Assembly (NCBI RefSeq): GCF_001194135.2
Contig: NC_068999.1
Span: forward strand, 1,218,250 to 1,282,249
Reading direction: 5' to 3'
DNA from: Octopus bimaculoides
Taxonomy: Eukaryota
Length of the DNA stretch: 64,000 nucleotides
Made by a program: the position numbers and the translations under genes. Below are positions 1 through 13,313 of the stretch, one piece after another. Within the stretch, counting starts at the first letter, position 1, and every line of letters starts with the position of its first letter. A model generated the notes under the pieces. The model had not been told where the DNA came from. It searched no databases and worked only from the letters and a program-made list of their open reading frames with translations.

Positions 1-396
1 GCATGTGTGTATACATACATGTACACATATGCATATGTGTGTTTTTGCACCGTGCTTGTTTGCATATATAAAGAAATAGGCAGAGAATGCATGTAAATGT
101 GAATGTGTTATATGGTTACATTTCATGCCAGACATAGCAGCCAGATCTCTCTTATCAAGCACACACTATCGACAAGTCAACGTAAAACTGCATATAAATT
201 CCTACATTCTTGTAAATGCCAGAGATTAGTTTAATATAATTCCTGGTAATTGATAGGTTCCAATTCGAAATTCAATATTTGCTTGCAATATATATTCTTA
301 TCATCTCGCTATCGCGTATTACATCGATATATTGCCGGCATGTTGAGTAACCAGCTCATTGACGTCATCAACGTACCACCTTCCTCTATCTATCCA

Positions 397-499
<103 letters not shown>

Positions 500-667
500 T
501 GGATGGGATATGCCATATTATAACGTTGATGTAATATATTGCATATTTCGATAAATGCTTGTCCAAGCAACTCCACAGTTAGCAAAAGCTAACAGCTATG
601 CAACTAACTATACATAAGATTTAATTACTGCATATCACATTACTAATTAATATCTCGATACCAGCAA

Positions 668-743
<76 letters not shown>

Positions 744-778
744 CATAATAACCAGCATTATCAGTATTATTATCGTTT

Positions 779-866
<88 letters not shown>

Positions 867-1000
867 TGTCACTGATTTTTTGTCTTTACTCATATTCTTT
901 TGTTTATAATTAATCATTTATTGCTGTTGTATCATTAATCTATGTATATTTCTTATTGATTATTAGATAAATCTATATTACATTGTATTGTAAATATCAA

Positions 1001-1059
<59 letters not shown>

Positions 1060-1093
1060 TAATAATAATAACAATGATGATAATAATAATAAT
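668..1093. repeat. Trinucleotide cluster: (ATT)n ~668-743, (ATC)n ~781-866, (AAT)n ~1003-1093
   Basis: Directly visible; explains the poly-I/poly-M ORF 621..917. Confidence 0.95.
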
Positions 1094-1904
1094 AAATGAA
1101 ATAAACGACAAAAGCGGTGAATAATACAAGACGAATTGCTTAAAGAGTAAAAGCGAACAAAATTTTTTTTAGAATAAAAACAGATTTCTTTTTTCTTTTT
1201 GGTAAAACGAATAAATGAAAATGTGATTTGATTCAGGAATTGCTTTTACTGATGTTAATCTGATATCATGGTAAATAATTATAACTGTGTTATGTATTGA
1301 TGAGTCTAAAATAGTGAAAACCAATCAATCCGTCGTTCTTATACTGGCGCCCCCTCTCTCTTTATTAATCAATCAAATATTTATTTCTCTTCTTCTCTTT
1401 CCCTAACACTGCATTCTCTCTATCAGCACATTTTTGCATATACATACACACACACACACGTACATATGCGTACATTTGCATGTAAGTATATATACTTATA
1501 TATATATATGTTTGTGTGCATGTGTGTGTGTTTCCACTATTGTTGTCTTTATGTTTCTTCCTTTCATTCTACACTTCCTCTATCTCGTTCTGTATATATC
1601 TCTCACTGTCTCTCCCCACATAGATAACTTTCTGTTTTTCTTTCTTTTCCTCTTTATCGAAACGACCTCTCCTCTTTATCGAAACGACCTCTCCTCTTTC
1701 CCTCTATGAGGTTCTTCGTGCCTCTCTCTCTCTCTCTCTCCTACTATCACTCCCATCTTTCTCTACATCCCCTCCTCATACTTTCTCTATGTCTCTCTCA
1801 TATTATTCTATAATTGATTTCACTGCTTCTCAGTGCCTCACATTCTCTGAATACATTCTCTATCTTTATATCTCCCCCCCTCTCTCTTTCTTTATTCGTC
1901 TTTG

Positions 1905-1937
<33 letters not shown>

Positions 1938-2454
1938 TTGACCTGTACTATACTAATCCACCTTTATCGCATTCCACTTCCCTTCCTTCCCTCTGATTTC
2001 TCACCCAGTTCCTTGCTCTCTGGTTTTATCTAATTCATCGTCATCTCTCCCTCTTTATCTCTCGTTCCGTCATATTCCAGCTCCTAAATCGACTTCCATT
2101 ATATCGAACCATGAAACTAACACTATTTGCGATGCTGCTGATACGATGCATTGAGAAGGAGGTAAAATTTCAGGTACTCTACGACAGGGGTTCAATCACA
2201 CTTTGAAGACATCTCAATCCGTTAATACTTGTGTTTAATTCTTACATTTATCGAAGAAATGCGAGTCACAGATACCACCTAAGATATTTCACACAATGTC
2301 TTTCGTTTCAGTGAATAATGTGCAAAGTGAATCCCCAAACAAATCGTAGAATTCCAGGACAACTTTTGAATGGCTGTGCTAAATAAGGTGATACTTTCTT
2401 GGAAGAAGATATGTAGGGGGTTGCTTTCATATCTGTTTTGTAGATATTAGTAAT

Positions 2455-2555
2455 TCAGGGACGCGAACTGGCAGAATTGTTAAGGGTGAATTCCTTTCTA
2501 ACTTTCTAACTTGCATTGTGAGTTCAAAGCACGCCGATGTTAACCCTGCCATTCA
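2455..2555 (+). mobile_element. Degraded tRNA-derived SINE, 5' part
   Basis: GCGAACTGGCAGAATTGTTA...GAGTTCAAAGCACGCCG resembles the better-preserved copy at 39080-39285. Confidence 0.55.
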
Positions 2556-3990
2556 GACTTCTCACTTCAATAACAGCATGTAACAATGAAGTATTCAGAT
2601 CTACGGTATCAACTTATCCATTTATTATGAAACTAATGGCTTTCTACCTCAGTCATAAGCAATTACTAACTCTTCATTTAGCATTGATATAGAAAAACAC
2701 TAATACTTTATATCTTGTACAGTTTGTGCTATATATTTTTATGCCGCGGGTCAAGGAAATATGTTTAATTAAACTTTAATATGGCATATTAGCACGCAGT
2801 GAGGATTGATCTCTTCCTTAGCTATTGAATATTCAAACTGATGCCGTCTTCATTCCCGCATTATATTTTCATTGCAATTTCATTTAAATTAAATTTCAAG
2901 ATTATCCCGTTTGCTCCTTCGCCTGTCATGACCAGAGTGAATAATCATTAAGCTAATTATTTTTTTCTCCATTCCACACGTGTCATTGTAATTAATTAAA
3001 AATTATTAGCTCACTACATTATGTATATTAACAGCGATTTAACTATTCGTTTTCAGTGAAGTTGTCACTTCGTATTCCTATCCGCCTCGTAACAGCTTCT
3101 CTATATTATATTTTAATGGACCTCGCGTGTGGTTAATAAATTTCAGCTTAGTTGCAGTTTCTGTTCTGTAAAAGAAACAAAAGACAAACCCGTTTCTCGA
3201 TTTTACACGGAGATATTTTGTTTGTCTATTCCCCAACTAGTTGAATTAGCAAATACATGTTTTGCTGAATATTAAGAGAACGGGTAATATGTTTGGTGGC
3301 AGGAATGAACGAATATACGTGGTAACAAAGATATTAAAAATCTCTAGTCTTTTACACAGAGTATTATATTAAAGCCTATATTTTATATATTGAAAGGAAA
3401 TGTTTGTTGAACAACAGATTCGGAAGAATGCTTCCAAACACGATTTATTTTTAATATTCCATGTTCATATAATAGCTATCAGCTAAATCCTTCCGAACAA
3501 ATAACATTCCCTGTTCGACACATTTGTGTCAACAATTAGATTGAAGAGACAGAGAGAGAAAAGAGAATGAAAGAGAAAGGTAGAATACCACTAGAGATGT
3601 GATATCTATTATAGTCTAACATAAATCGCATGCATTATTTGGATTATGAGCATGTCACGCCACCTACCGAGTTACGGGGTAACTTGCCACATAGTGTAGA
3701 ACACTTAAGGCTGAAAGCAGGCTTGCTAGAAATAGAAAGAAATCTCCTTCAGAATAGGAAGTACATATTTGATTCGATACTTGAACAACGTATACAAGAT
3801 GTTCCTGCGTGAAAGTCTGAAGGACAACATTGTTCTGGAGGTTTGCAGCTCGCTTCAAAGATAAACGGAACCGACACAAGAAAAACAAATTATTTGCCAA
3901 GAAATTATTTTTCTCTCATGTCATAGTCTAAAGGATATTTTTGCAATATATTCAATAAAAGAGGATCAAGGAACTGGTGTCCAACATTAT

Positions 3991-4565
3991 TTGGTATTTA
4001 ATATGTCGGTCGAAATAATTCATGAGAAACGTACTCTCGTACAGAGTAATGCGGAAAATGTTGAACAGGTAAAAAAGCTTTCGGCAGTTGCCGCGGTGGC
4101 AACCAAAAATATTGATATCTCTGTGGATAGATTAAACGATTTTTTTAGAAAAGTGAAGGAGGAGGACAGTAATGTAAAAACATCTTCATCCTCCAATGTT
4201 AAAGAAACTGAACGAATCACTGTAGTGTCTAAACTTTTCTGTCCACAGAACAGAAGATTTAAGCATTTTGAAAAAGAAAACAATTTGAGAAGTGCCTGTC
4301 CTCAATATGGAAAGATGTGGACTATATTGCAATGGGACAGGCATACAGAACCATTGACGTCCGTTTTCTAACTGAAGAGATGTCCCGCTGGCACTCCGTG
4401 TGCCCCCTGAAAACAAAGGAGTTGGTGTTTCTGCCGACATACAAGGGAAGACGCACGTCCCGTGTGAGGGTTACAGAAGAACCACCGGATATCGATCCGA
4501 GTGAGGTTATGGCTGTCCTGTTGTTTAACACGGAGGACAGAATAAAAGTTTTCCAAATTACATGC
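3991..4565 (+). mobile_element. Putative L1/Tx1-type LINE ORF1 remnant (frameshifted near 4305)
   Basis: ORFs 3991..4371 and 4317..4826 join into ...ITVVSKLFCPQNRRFKHFE...IWKDVDYIAMGQAYRTIDVRF...LPTYKGRRTSRVRVTEEPPDIDPSEVMAVLL. This resembles Tx1-type ORF1 (recognition only) and abuts a clear ORF2 piece. Confidence 0.5.
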
Positions 4566-4659
4566 TCTGTCCCCTTTCCCCCACCAGAATTGGCTCGGGC
4601 AGAGCATTTCGGCAATTGTTCAGGGGTCGCAGGAAGATATTCAAATGCTTCTTGGGAGA

Positions 4660-4945
4660 ATTTTCGCATCTTGAGCCAACGCATCCCTAGCTCACTCCTT
4701 GGCGGTTTCTGGCAGCAGACAGAGCACTTCACAATTGGCTTTCCTCCCTTCCACAAAAAGCGGAAAAGGATACTCTCGAATTTGTTCAGCCGCAAATCGG
4801 GGAAAGGCACCACGGTCAAACAGTAGGTGATTAATGATGCTATAAACATCTGCATCAACTCCGCCCTCCCTAGCAAGGATAACGCCCGCCCAGACCAGGT
4901 CAGTGATAGAGCAGTCACCTTGCTGGCCACCTCAATCTTTACTCG
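4660..4945 (-). mobile_element. L1/Tx1-type LINE ORF2 fragment (post-reverse-transcriptase region)
   Basis: WSGRALSLLGRAELMQMFIASLITYCLTVVPFP...FRFLWKGGKPIVKCSVCCQKPPRSELGM matches the L1/Tx1 motif W..R.LSL.GR..L....I.S...Y...FLW.G...V...C.....GGLG. Confidence 0.85.
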
Positions 4946-5119
4946 TTACAGGTGTCGTTGGAACTGACCTCGCCACACGTGTGTCAGCTCATCCCTCGTC
5001 CTTCTTTAGATAATTTGGCAGATCTAGAATTCTCCAAATGTCCTTTTGATGTCTTTCTTTCAGTTGCCTGTATAGGGTTTCCCCTGTGCAGGCACATCTC
5101 TCCTTAAGGTCCTTGTGCA

Positions 5120-5205
5120 TAGCATACAGTCTTGTCGTGTAACCTCGAGTCGACGAAAGCCTTGTGAGTGGATTTCATACACGGAAACTGAAAGTACTTC
5201 CATTG
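5120..5205 (+). mobile_element. SINE 3' end (family of 14355-14500 and 51570-51717)
   Basis: AGCCTTGTGAGTGGATTT...ACGGAAACTGAAAG is shared with 31355-31400 and other copies. Confidence 0.6.
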
Positions 5206-5214
5206 TGTATACAT

Positions 5215-5490
5215 CATCTCATTTATCTCACCTAGTTAGTCCCATATGACGCCCGAAGACTCTTTTCACATGTTTACCTCATTCATCTCGATCTTCCACA
5301 ATGGTCCTCAGTTCCTTTACCCCTTCCATACAAATACCCTGCTGCAAGTTGTCGATATAGGTCGTCTTCCCTCCTTCCTCTCTTGGTTCTTCCTCCTGTT
5401 GTATGCCAGAGCAACAGCTTGTTAGCAATTTCATCGGTGTGTCTGATGCAGTGTCCAGCTAGCTTCATTCTTCTGTGCTGTTTCTTCAAT
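5215..5490 (-). mobile_element. RTE-type LINE 3' end, decayed
   Basis: RRMKLAGHCIRHTDEIANKLLLW...GRTKRGRR / KTTYIDNLQQGICMEGVKELRTIVEDRDE* is a typical RTE-clade ORF C-terminus, with one frameshift and a stop. Confidence 0.8.
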
Positions 5491-5514
5491 GCTAACGATG
5501 GATTATGTACTAGG

Positions 5515-5607
5515 CTTAGAAAGAACAGGTCCTGGGGTCGATTTGTTCGACTAAAGATGTTGTTTCAGCATGGCCACAGTGAAATGTCTGAAACAAGTAA
5601 AATAAAT
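5515..5607 (+). mobile_element. SINE 3' half
   Basis: GGGGTCGATTTGTTCGACTAAAG...CAGCATGGCCACAG...TGAAACAAGTAAAATAAA; homologous to 12455-12592 and 59220-59275. Confidence 0.7.
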
Positions 5608-6706
5608 ATATCTCTAGGTATAAACATTCATTCATACATAGATGCTTTCATAGAGTGAAAGATATAGTGGGAGAGAGACATATATGTACGAAATAAATCA
5701 GAAAACATTTCGAAACCAATTGGTTGAAGGGTTAAATATATCCGCTTGTGAAAATGTTCTTTATTTAACTCTAATTTCGCCAATCATGAATCTACGCGAA
5801 TTGAATTAAAAGCAATCTTGTTGCATAAATTTATTTTATTTGGTTCATTTCGTTTTTCTTTTTCCTATCAATTTTGTTTGGTTTGCTTTTTGTATGTTCT
5901 TTTTGTATTTTTATTTATTTTTTTCGGTTATTTGCACTGTTTATTAAATATGCCACACGATGATGCATTTCGTGCACGAAAAATATAGAAAATAACTCCG
6001 AAAATATAGAAAAAAAGAAACACAAGCTAAAAGAGCTAAATTTCATAATCTAAACACAAATAATCGAACACAGGGAATCTCCAAAAAAGGCGGGAAAATA
6101 AAATATATATAAAAAAAAAGCACAAGGGGAAAACTTGTGTGAATTATAATAGCAAAATCAAAAATGTTTACAAAAAACAAAAGGGTTAATAATATTTGCG
6201 TTGTTAATAGGAGAATTTAAAATATTCTAAGCAGGCACATAATGCAAATAATTGTAATGTTAAAAGCGCGTTGAGGAAATTGAACAAACGTCAACAGAAC
6301 ATTCTTTTATTCAGGAGGAAAAAAAGTAAAGAGAAAATGGCGCCTTTCGGAATAAGATGACGGCATTATTCTTCTAAATGTAATGATTGTCTACGAAGAA
6401 AAGGAAAACAAACGAAACATATATAGGAGAGGCATCTGCACTTCCTCAATTATACAACAACTCATACTGCAATATTCATACGTCTTCGAAAACTATTATG
6501 CTTTGTGCACTGCAAACATTTTAATTATATAAAAGGCTTGTGTTGTTTTTTGATGTTTGCGTTTGTATTTGGTTATTTGTGTTCTAATGAATTTTTAGAT
6601 TAAGTTTTTTACCGGAATAATCACCCAGTTTTAATTCAATGTGCATAGATTCGTATACATATATACATATAAATCTATATACACACGTGCAATTAGATAT
6701 ACACAA

Positions 6707-6759
<53 letters not shown>

Positions 6760-6812
6760 AACCTACCTACCTGAAAGCAGTTAGAGTATTACCAATAGTA
6801 GTAGTAGTTGTT

Positions 6813-6881
<69 letters not shown>
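6707..6881. repeat. (TATC)n ~6707-6757 and (TAG)n ~6795-6881 microsatellites
   Basis: Directly visible. Confidence 0.95.
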
Positions 6882-8379
6882 AAAATAAACTTAGTGTCCA
6901 CAAGTATTTTGCAAATAGACATTATTGATTGTTTATTTGTTTTTACTGTTTTTATACGTTGCCTTTTCTTATTAAATAAACGAAAAAAACTGCAACACGT
7001 GACTTAGAAACGAATTCACTTCTTTATATTACCCATGTTCTGTTTCATGGAATCGCTTCCAATATGATGGCCGTACATGTTGTTGCTGTCAATATTTTTC
7101 CATATCTGTCGACATATTTCTCTCATGTGTCTCTGTACGACACTTGATGTATTTCCCAAAATATATTAGACATTTAATTAGTGAAAATATGTAAGTGTGA
7201 ATAAAAATATAAAAAACATACAGCTCCAAACATATCCTGCATTTAACCACAACGTTATTTTTGTTTAAGGACATTATATTATTGTGTGTGTAGCCAAGTA
7301 AATTAAACATATTGGCTATATGTAAGTATGTGTGAGTGTGTATATATGCGCTGGTGTGTGCATATATATATATATACACACACAAACACACACATACTTA
7401 CACATAAATATTTGTCTATATATGTGTGTTCTCTCCATGCGACTGCCTGCGTATTGTTGCTACATATTTAAATATATACACACATATACACTCATTCACA
7501 CGCACATACTCACACATACATGCACATATATACATATGTAAGTATCTTCATATCTACATGTATATATATGTATGTATATATGTGTGTATACGTATGAGTT
7601 TTATATGTGCGTTTACACATACGCACAAAAACACACACGCATATGCACACATATTTGTATGCAAAATTTTCTTTTTTTTATAGATGCTTTTGTATTTGTT
7701 AGTTGTTTCAGCTAGTTTAACTGGCAGTACATCTAGGCAATTATTCAACTAGACCAAACTCAATAGCGCTTAAGAATAATCGATGAAAATGATGAGATGC
7801 ATTATAAATGATGTATTAATTGACTTGGCAATAGAATAGACATTTGGAATATTCAAATGTGCACGTATGTACTGATGCAGCAGTGTCCAAGAAAATCATT
7901 AGCTTTTAAAGGCAGCCAAGTGCCAAAAAACATAATAAAACAAAAAAGAAAAAAAGAAACTCATTAACAAATGACAACTATTAACTTACTTGTATGTAAA
8001 ATAGGTTTTCAATTTATATTTAACGGGCATAAATAATCTGCAAAATAAGGGATGAGTTGTTATTTAAATATGTAAGAGGAAAAACATAATTGCTGTAAAG
8101 AAACGTAAGTATATATATTGAGAATTATATTCATTCAGGCACGTGACTTTAATAAAAGATGGTTGAATAAAACACGAATATTTCTTATTTTCCGCCCTTC
8201 GGCAGATGAATCGATTTTCGTTAAATGCAGATATAATTGAAAGGAAACAATCGATGATTAATAGGGGAACTATATACAGAGAGGCGAAAATTGAAGCTTT
8301 GACTATTTCCGAAGAATATAATCCAGTTCAACAGTCGCACGGTGAATCGCTTTCACTTGTCTCTATTTATGTTTTGAGT

Positions 8380-8590
8380 TCACATTGCGTTGCAATTCTT
8401 TTTGAGCCTCCATTTTCATTGTTTCAAATCTAGCAGCATTTCCTGTAGCTCTTCACGTTCTGACTTTACATTTCGCACAATTCACCTTTGTCTTTTGGTG
8501 TCGATAAAATGAATATCAGTCGAACACTTTACTTGGTGCAACTGATTATCACGTCCATCAACATTTCAGGCGTTGTGCCTTCAGTAGAAC
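8380..8590 (-). mobile_element. Possible decayed piggyBac-type transposase C-terminal cysteine-rich region
   Basis: Frame-hopping translation ...SKV.FD/DIHFIDTKRQR/NCAKCKVRT/RKC resembles the piggyBac D..H.I....QRRC..C...T..C motif; it needs several frameshifts. Confidence 0.25.
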
Positions 8591-8652
8591 GGAATATTAT
8601 TATTATTATTATTATTATATGTATGTATGTATATATGCATATATATGTATGC

Positions 8653-8683
<31 letters not shown>

Positions 8684-10977
8684 CGTATTTCGTTTTTGGT
8701 TTGGTTTGCAAGATTCTTTATGTGAGTTCGTGTGTTGAAGCATATTTTGTTGTGTCCGGGGAGAATAATTCACTTTTAGTGCCTTAAAATTTACTACACT
8801 CACTTTATTTTTCTAAAATTTTCGTTGTGTCTTACAACCTCTTCTATAGAGTCAAAACTATATATATATATATATATATATATCCACTATGTTAATTTAT
8901 GCACATACACAGCTTTCTCTCTTTCATTTTCCTCTCGCTCCCATTCTCCATCTTCGTGAAGTTATATATATATATATAAATAAATACATAATATACAGCC
9001 AAAGGGAGAGATAGAGAGGGACAGAGAGGGATCATAAATGTTGCGTGTGAATAGAAAGAGTCATTGAAGAGAGAATATTTCGAGAAATACAAAGGGGATT
9101 TGGCGAACGTACAACTGCTGTTTGACACCTCCACTTCTGAGAACCGCATCGGCCATGTTACAAACCTCTCGATACCAGTTCATCTTCTCTACTGAAACAA
9201 GCAGCACATTTTGAAAACATGCAAAATTCTAATCTATATTTTCTTATTAACACTATGGATCGTCCTGTTATAGAATATCAATGTTAGATATAGTGGATAC
9301 CCCTATGGTAAGAAATCTATATATCCAAGTTTGTGTTATCGCCGACGTGAGAGTGCCGTGTGAAAATCAATACACACGTGTGCGCATTAACGTATATATA
9401 TATATATATNNNNNNNNNNNNNNNNNNNNNNNNNNNNNNNNNNNNNNNNNNNNNNNNNNNNNNNNNNNNNNNNNNNNNNNNNNNNNNNNNNNNNNNNNNN
9501 NNNNNNNNNNNNNNNNNNNNNNNNNNNNNNNNNNNNNNNNNNNNNNNNNNNNNNNNNNNNNNNNNNNNNNNNNNNNNNNNNNNNNNNNNNNNNNNNNNNN
9601 NNNNNNNNNNNNNNNNNNNNNNNNNNNNNNNNNNNNNNNNNNNNNNNNNNNNNNNNNNNNNNNNNNNNNNNNNNNNNNNNNNNNNNNNNNNNNNNNNNNN
9701 NNNNNNNNNNNNNNNNNNNNNNNNNNNNNNNNNNNNNNNNNNNNNNNNNNNNNNNNNNNNNNNNNNNNNNNNNNNNNNNNNNNNNNNNNNNNNNNNNNNN
9801 NNNNNNNNNNNNNNNNNNNNNNNNNNNNNNNNNNNNNNNNNNNNNNNNNNNNNNNNNNNNNNNNNNNNNNNNNNNNNNNNNNNNNNNNNNNTATATATAT
9901 ATGTGTGTATATATATATAGACATATATATTTACACGCATAAATGTTCTGGAACTTTTCCAAAATGGTTCCTGAAAGAAAGCAGTTGTAAATGTTTTTTG
10001 TTTTTGATATTTTTGCGTTTTTTTTTCTTTGTTCCATTCATTCCTCCATTTTATTATTATTATTATTTTTCGTCGGCTTCTACTTATTTTTTATTTGTTT
10101 TTTGTTTTTTTGCTTTCATTTCTTCTTTGACTGCGTTTATTAATCACATGAGGCTCTGACAAGAAAAGAGAGCCAACCTTACCACAGATAACCCAAATAA
10201 ATGTGATTTCGATTATTATTTAGTTTCTCTTTTGTGTTTCTTTCTTTGTTTTATGATCTCGGTTTTTTAGCGATCGTTTATATATTTTTACCTTTTATTT
10301 TATCTTATATGTCTGTTTTGAATTTTTTTCTTTTTTTTTTTCAATTCTTTAGTTACAAATTTGTTTTATTTCAAAGTAAGTACGTCCAAATGATTGTGAT
10401 CATAAAATGAAATTGTTTTGCCTAAAGAAAAAAAATCTAAATCTATATCGCTCCACTTAAGGTGCCTTTAGGAAAATATTACTGTATCATTTACATACAT
10501 AATGCGTAGCCATGTTTTGTTTTAAAATGGTCGCTCTGAGAACGTATATTCAATATTGTAATAATGATGAGTTTCAACATTAAAAGCACTCTGATAACTT
10601 CGTAGAACAGAGAACATAACGCATGTTATGATTTTGTGTCACACAAGCCCACATAATTTTAGCCTCGTCCACACATACATTAATATGCACTCGTCTCCTT
10701 TCACGCATAAACACACACGCACACACCATTCTTAGATGCGCTTAAGCGCTTAAGCGCTTAAGTTCGCTAGACCAGGCCAGTCACTGTTATTATCTCCCCT
10801 TCACTCATCCAGTCATTTCATTATGTTGAAACGTTAAACCATAGACGTGTTTTCTCTCTCCGATTTTTTCGTTCCCTCCCCATTTTCCCTCTCCACTCTT
10901 TTTGTCGAAGTGCGTAGGCTGGAAAGGTCAAAGACGTTTTCGTGTTCAGCGTCTTCAGCGTCTATTTAATCCATTTC

Positions 10978-11025
<48 letters not shown>

Positions 11026-12355
11026 CGTGTGTGTGTATATATAAATGTGTTAGGGTAGGCATAAAAACAATGCGTCTCTTCACGTCTTTCTGCAACAATT
11101 TGTTCTTCTCTGTCTTCGCTAGCATCAGCATCGTTCAACCTTCCAAGAGATTTAAAGTTACTATTCTCCACCTTCGTATTTAAATTTTGACAATCATAAA
11201 CAAACACTGTTGTCGCAATGCATTTAACAATAAGTGAAGACTTGAATGATTCACATTCAATATTTAAATTTAAGAAGATTTACAAAGATTTATTTTTATT
11301 ATCATTTTGAACTGAATAAACACTTAACATACTGGAAAGGAGAGAAGACTATTAACTATGATCATGAGACTTAGAAGTTGTTTTATTTTTCGATTATGTG
11401 AGTTTACAAATGAGTTTTGTAGTAGAAAAGATAAGTAATGAATAGATTAAATATTTTGGTTTATGTGAGAGATTTAAAATGCTCTCTTATCTTAAAATAC
11501 TTAGGAATTTGAAAGCAATCGTGCTTTTCTGAGATTTTCTTTTTGTCCTCTTGAGAATTCCATGATTTCTCTGTTTAAGGATTTATATCAGTAACTGAAT
11601 GGGTGTGTAAAATAATATTATTACAAACTTGGCCAACATCTGCCATTGCAGAGCTGCTGAATGTGTAATATGAAAATCTTTTGTAACGTTAAATGTCTGA
11701 GGTAACCGTGATCTTTTTTTCAAACATCAATGTGTTCCAGATACAGCTTAGCTCCAGATTAGCCCTAAATCAACAGAACAATCATCAAAAACAATTCATG
11801 TGTGACCATCTGATTTTTGCAAGGTAATGTGTAACAAAAATTCCGTTAACCGTTGAGTACTTGTATTTCTCTATTTGAAGGAAATATTGTTGCTATGTAT
11901 ATCTGGTTGAGCACCCACTTAGATTATAGAAAATCTGTTTCTCTTCGTTTCATCAGCTTCGGTCTTTATTAAACGTGTACTGGTATATGATTTCGGGATT
12001 ATACAATCAAATGTCTTCTACTTTCTCACGGATATTGGCCGAATTGTTCAGGTATTTGTTAAATATTTAACTTTCTCATATTTAAGTTTACTATTTCAAA
12101 AGTTGCCAACGTAGATTCTATTTCCCCCTGTTCACATCGCTTACACATCGATCACATAAGTAGTTAAATTTAACATATTTTTGTTGCTATTTTTATTTGG
12201 CCAATATTCTCTGGCAACAGAATATAACGTGGCAACAGAATATAACATACATACAAATATATATAAATACATACATTAATACGTGCAGATATACATACAC
12301 ACATACATATATATGTATGTATTTAGAAGTGCTTTCTTGTATTTGTGCTTGTCAC

Positions 12356-12408
<53 letters not shown>

Positions 12409-12454
12409 ACACACCGCTTCACAATCGGCATGAGTTTATTTACGTTCCCATAAA

Positions 12455-12592
12455 ATAGCGATTCGACAAAAAGGACTCGATGGAATAAGGACTAGACTTT
12501 AAAAGAGTACTGGGATCGATTTGTTTGGTTTAGCTATTCAAAGGGTTGCTGCAGCATGGCCGTGGTCCGATGAGCGAAACAAAGAAAAAAAT
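12455..12592 (+). mobile_element. SINE 3' half
   Basis: GAGTACTGGGATCGATTTGTTTG...CAGCATGGCCGTGG...GAAACAAAGAAAAAAA; homologous to 5515-5607. Confidence 0.65.
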
Positions 12593-13139
12593 AGCTACCA
12601 ACGTTTTCGTATGCCAATTCCTATTACATTGGCGGTGTATTGCGTAGGGCCTTCAGAGACCAAATTTAAATTTAAGAAGAGTTAAGCATATTTCCTTAAT
12701 TTATGTGTTCAGTGGGATATACACAGGAATTATTTGGAAGAAAGCCAACAGCTCCAGAAGACTTAGGAGGAGATTTTTAACGGCTTATTTGTTCTATATT
12801 CGTAGAGTTTGCAAATGTGTTACGTAATAAAATACTTATTTAATACAAACAATAAATACAAATAAATGATTTCTGTGTCTACAGTTGTAAGCATTTCTAA
12901 GGTTGGATCCGTTATTAGAGAGTAGTCATTGTAAAGGAAAGAAATATTCTCTTTTGTTCAACTATGGGGTTAATCTCTAAAAGATTCGTATTAAATAACA
13001 GTTGGTTAAAAAAGAAAAACGAACTACGATTAAGCATACAAAGAATAATTAGAAAATATATGGAGGGACGCTAAAGTTTCGCGATCCATACCTAAGCATG
13101 TATGTAGGAATATATCTATGAATATTGTTATGTATTTAT

Positions 13140-13163
13140 CTGTCTATCTACCTCTCCATCTAC

Positions 13164-13218
<55 letters not shown>

Positions 13219-13229
13219 CCTGTCTATTT

Positions 13230-13313
<84 letters not shown>

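Noticed and set aside
3630-3990. Extension of the Tx1 ORF1 or a separate gene upstream
   Set aside because: Stops in all frames and no motif I can recognise.
10153-10177. GGCTCT...AGAGCC histone stem-loop-like stem
   Set aside because: The loop is 11 nt rather than 4, and there is no histone ORF.
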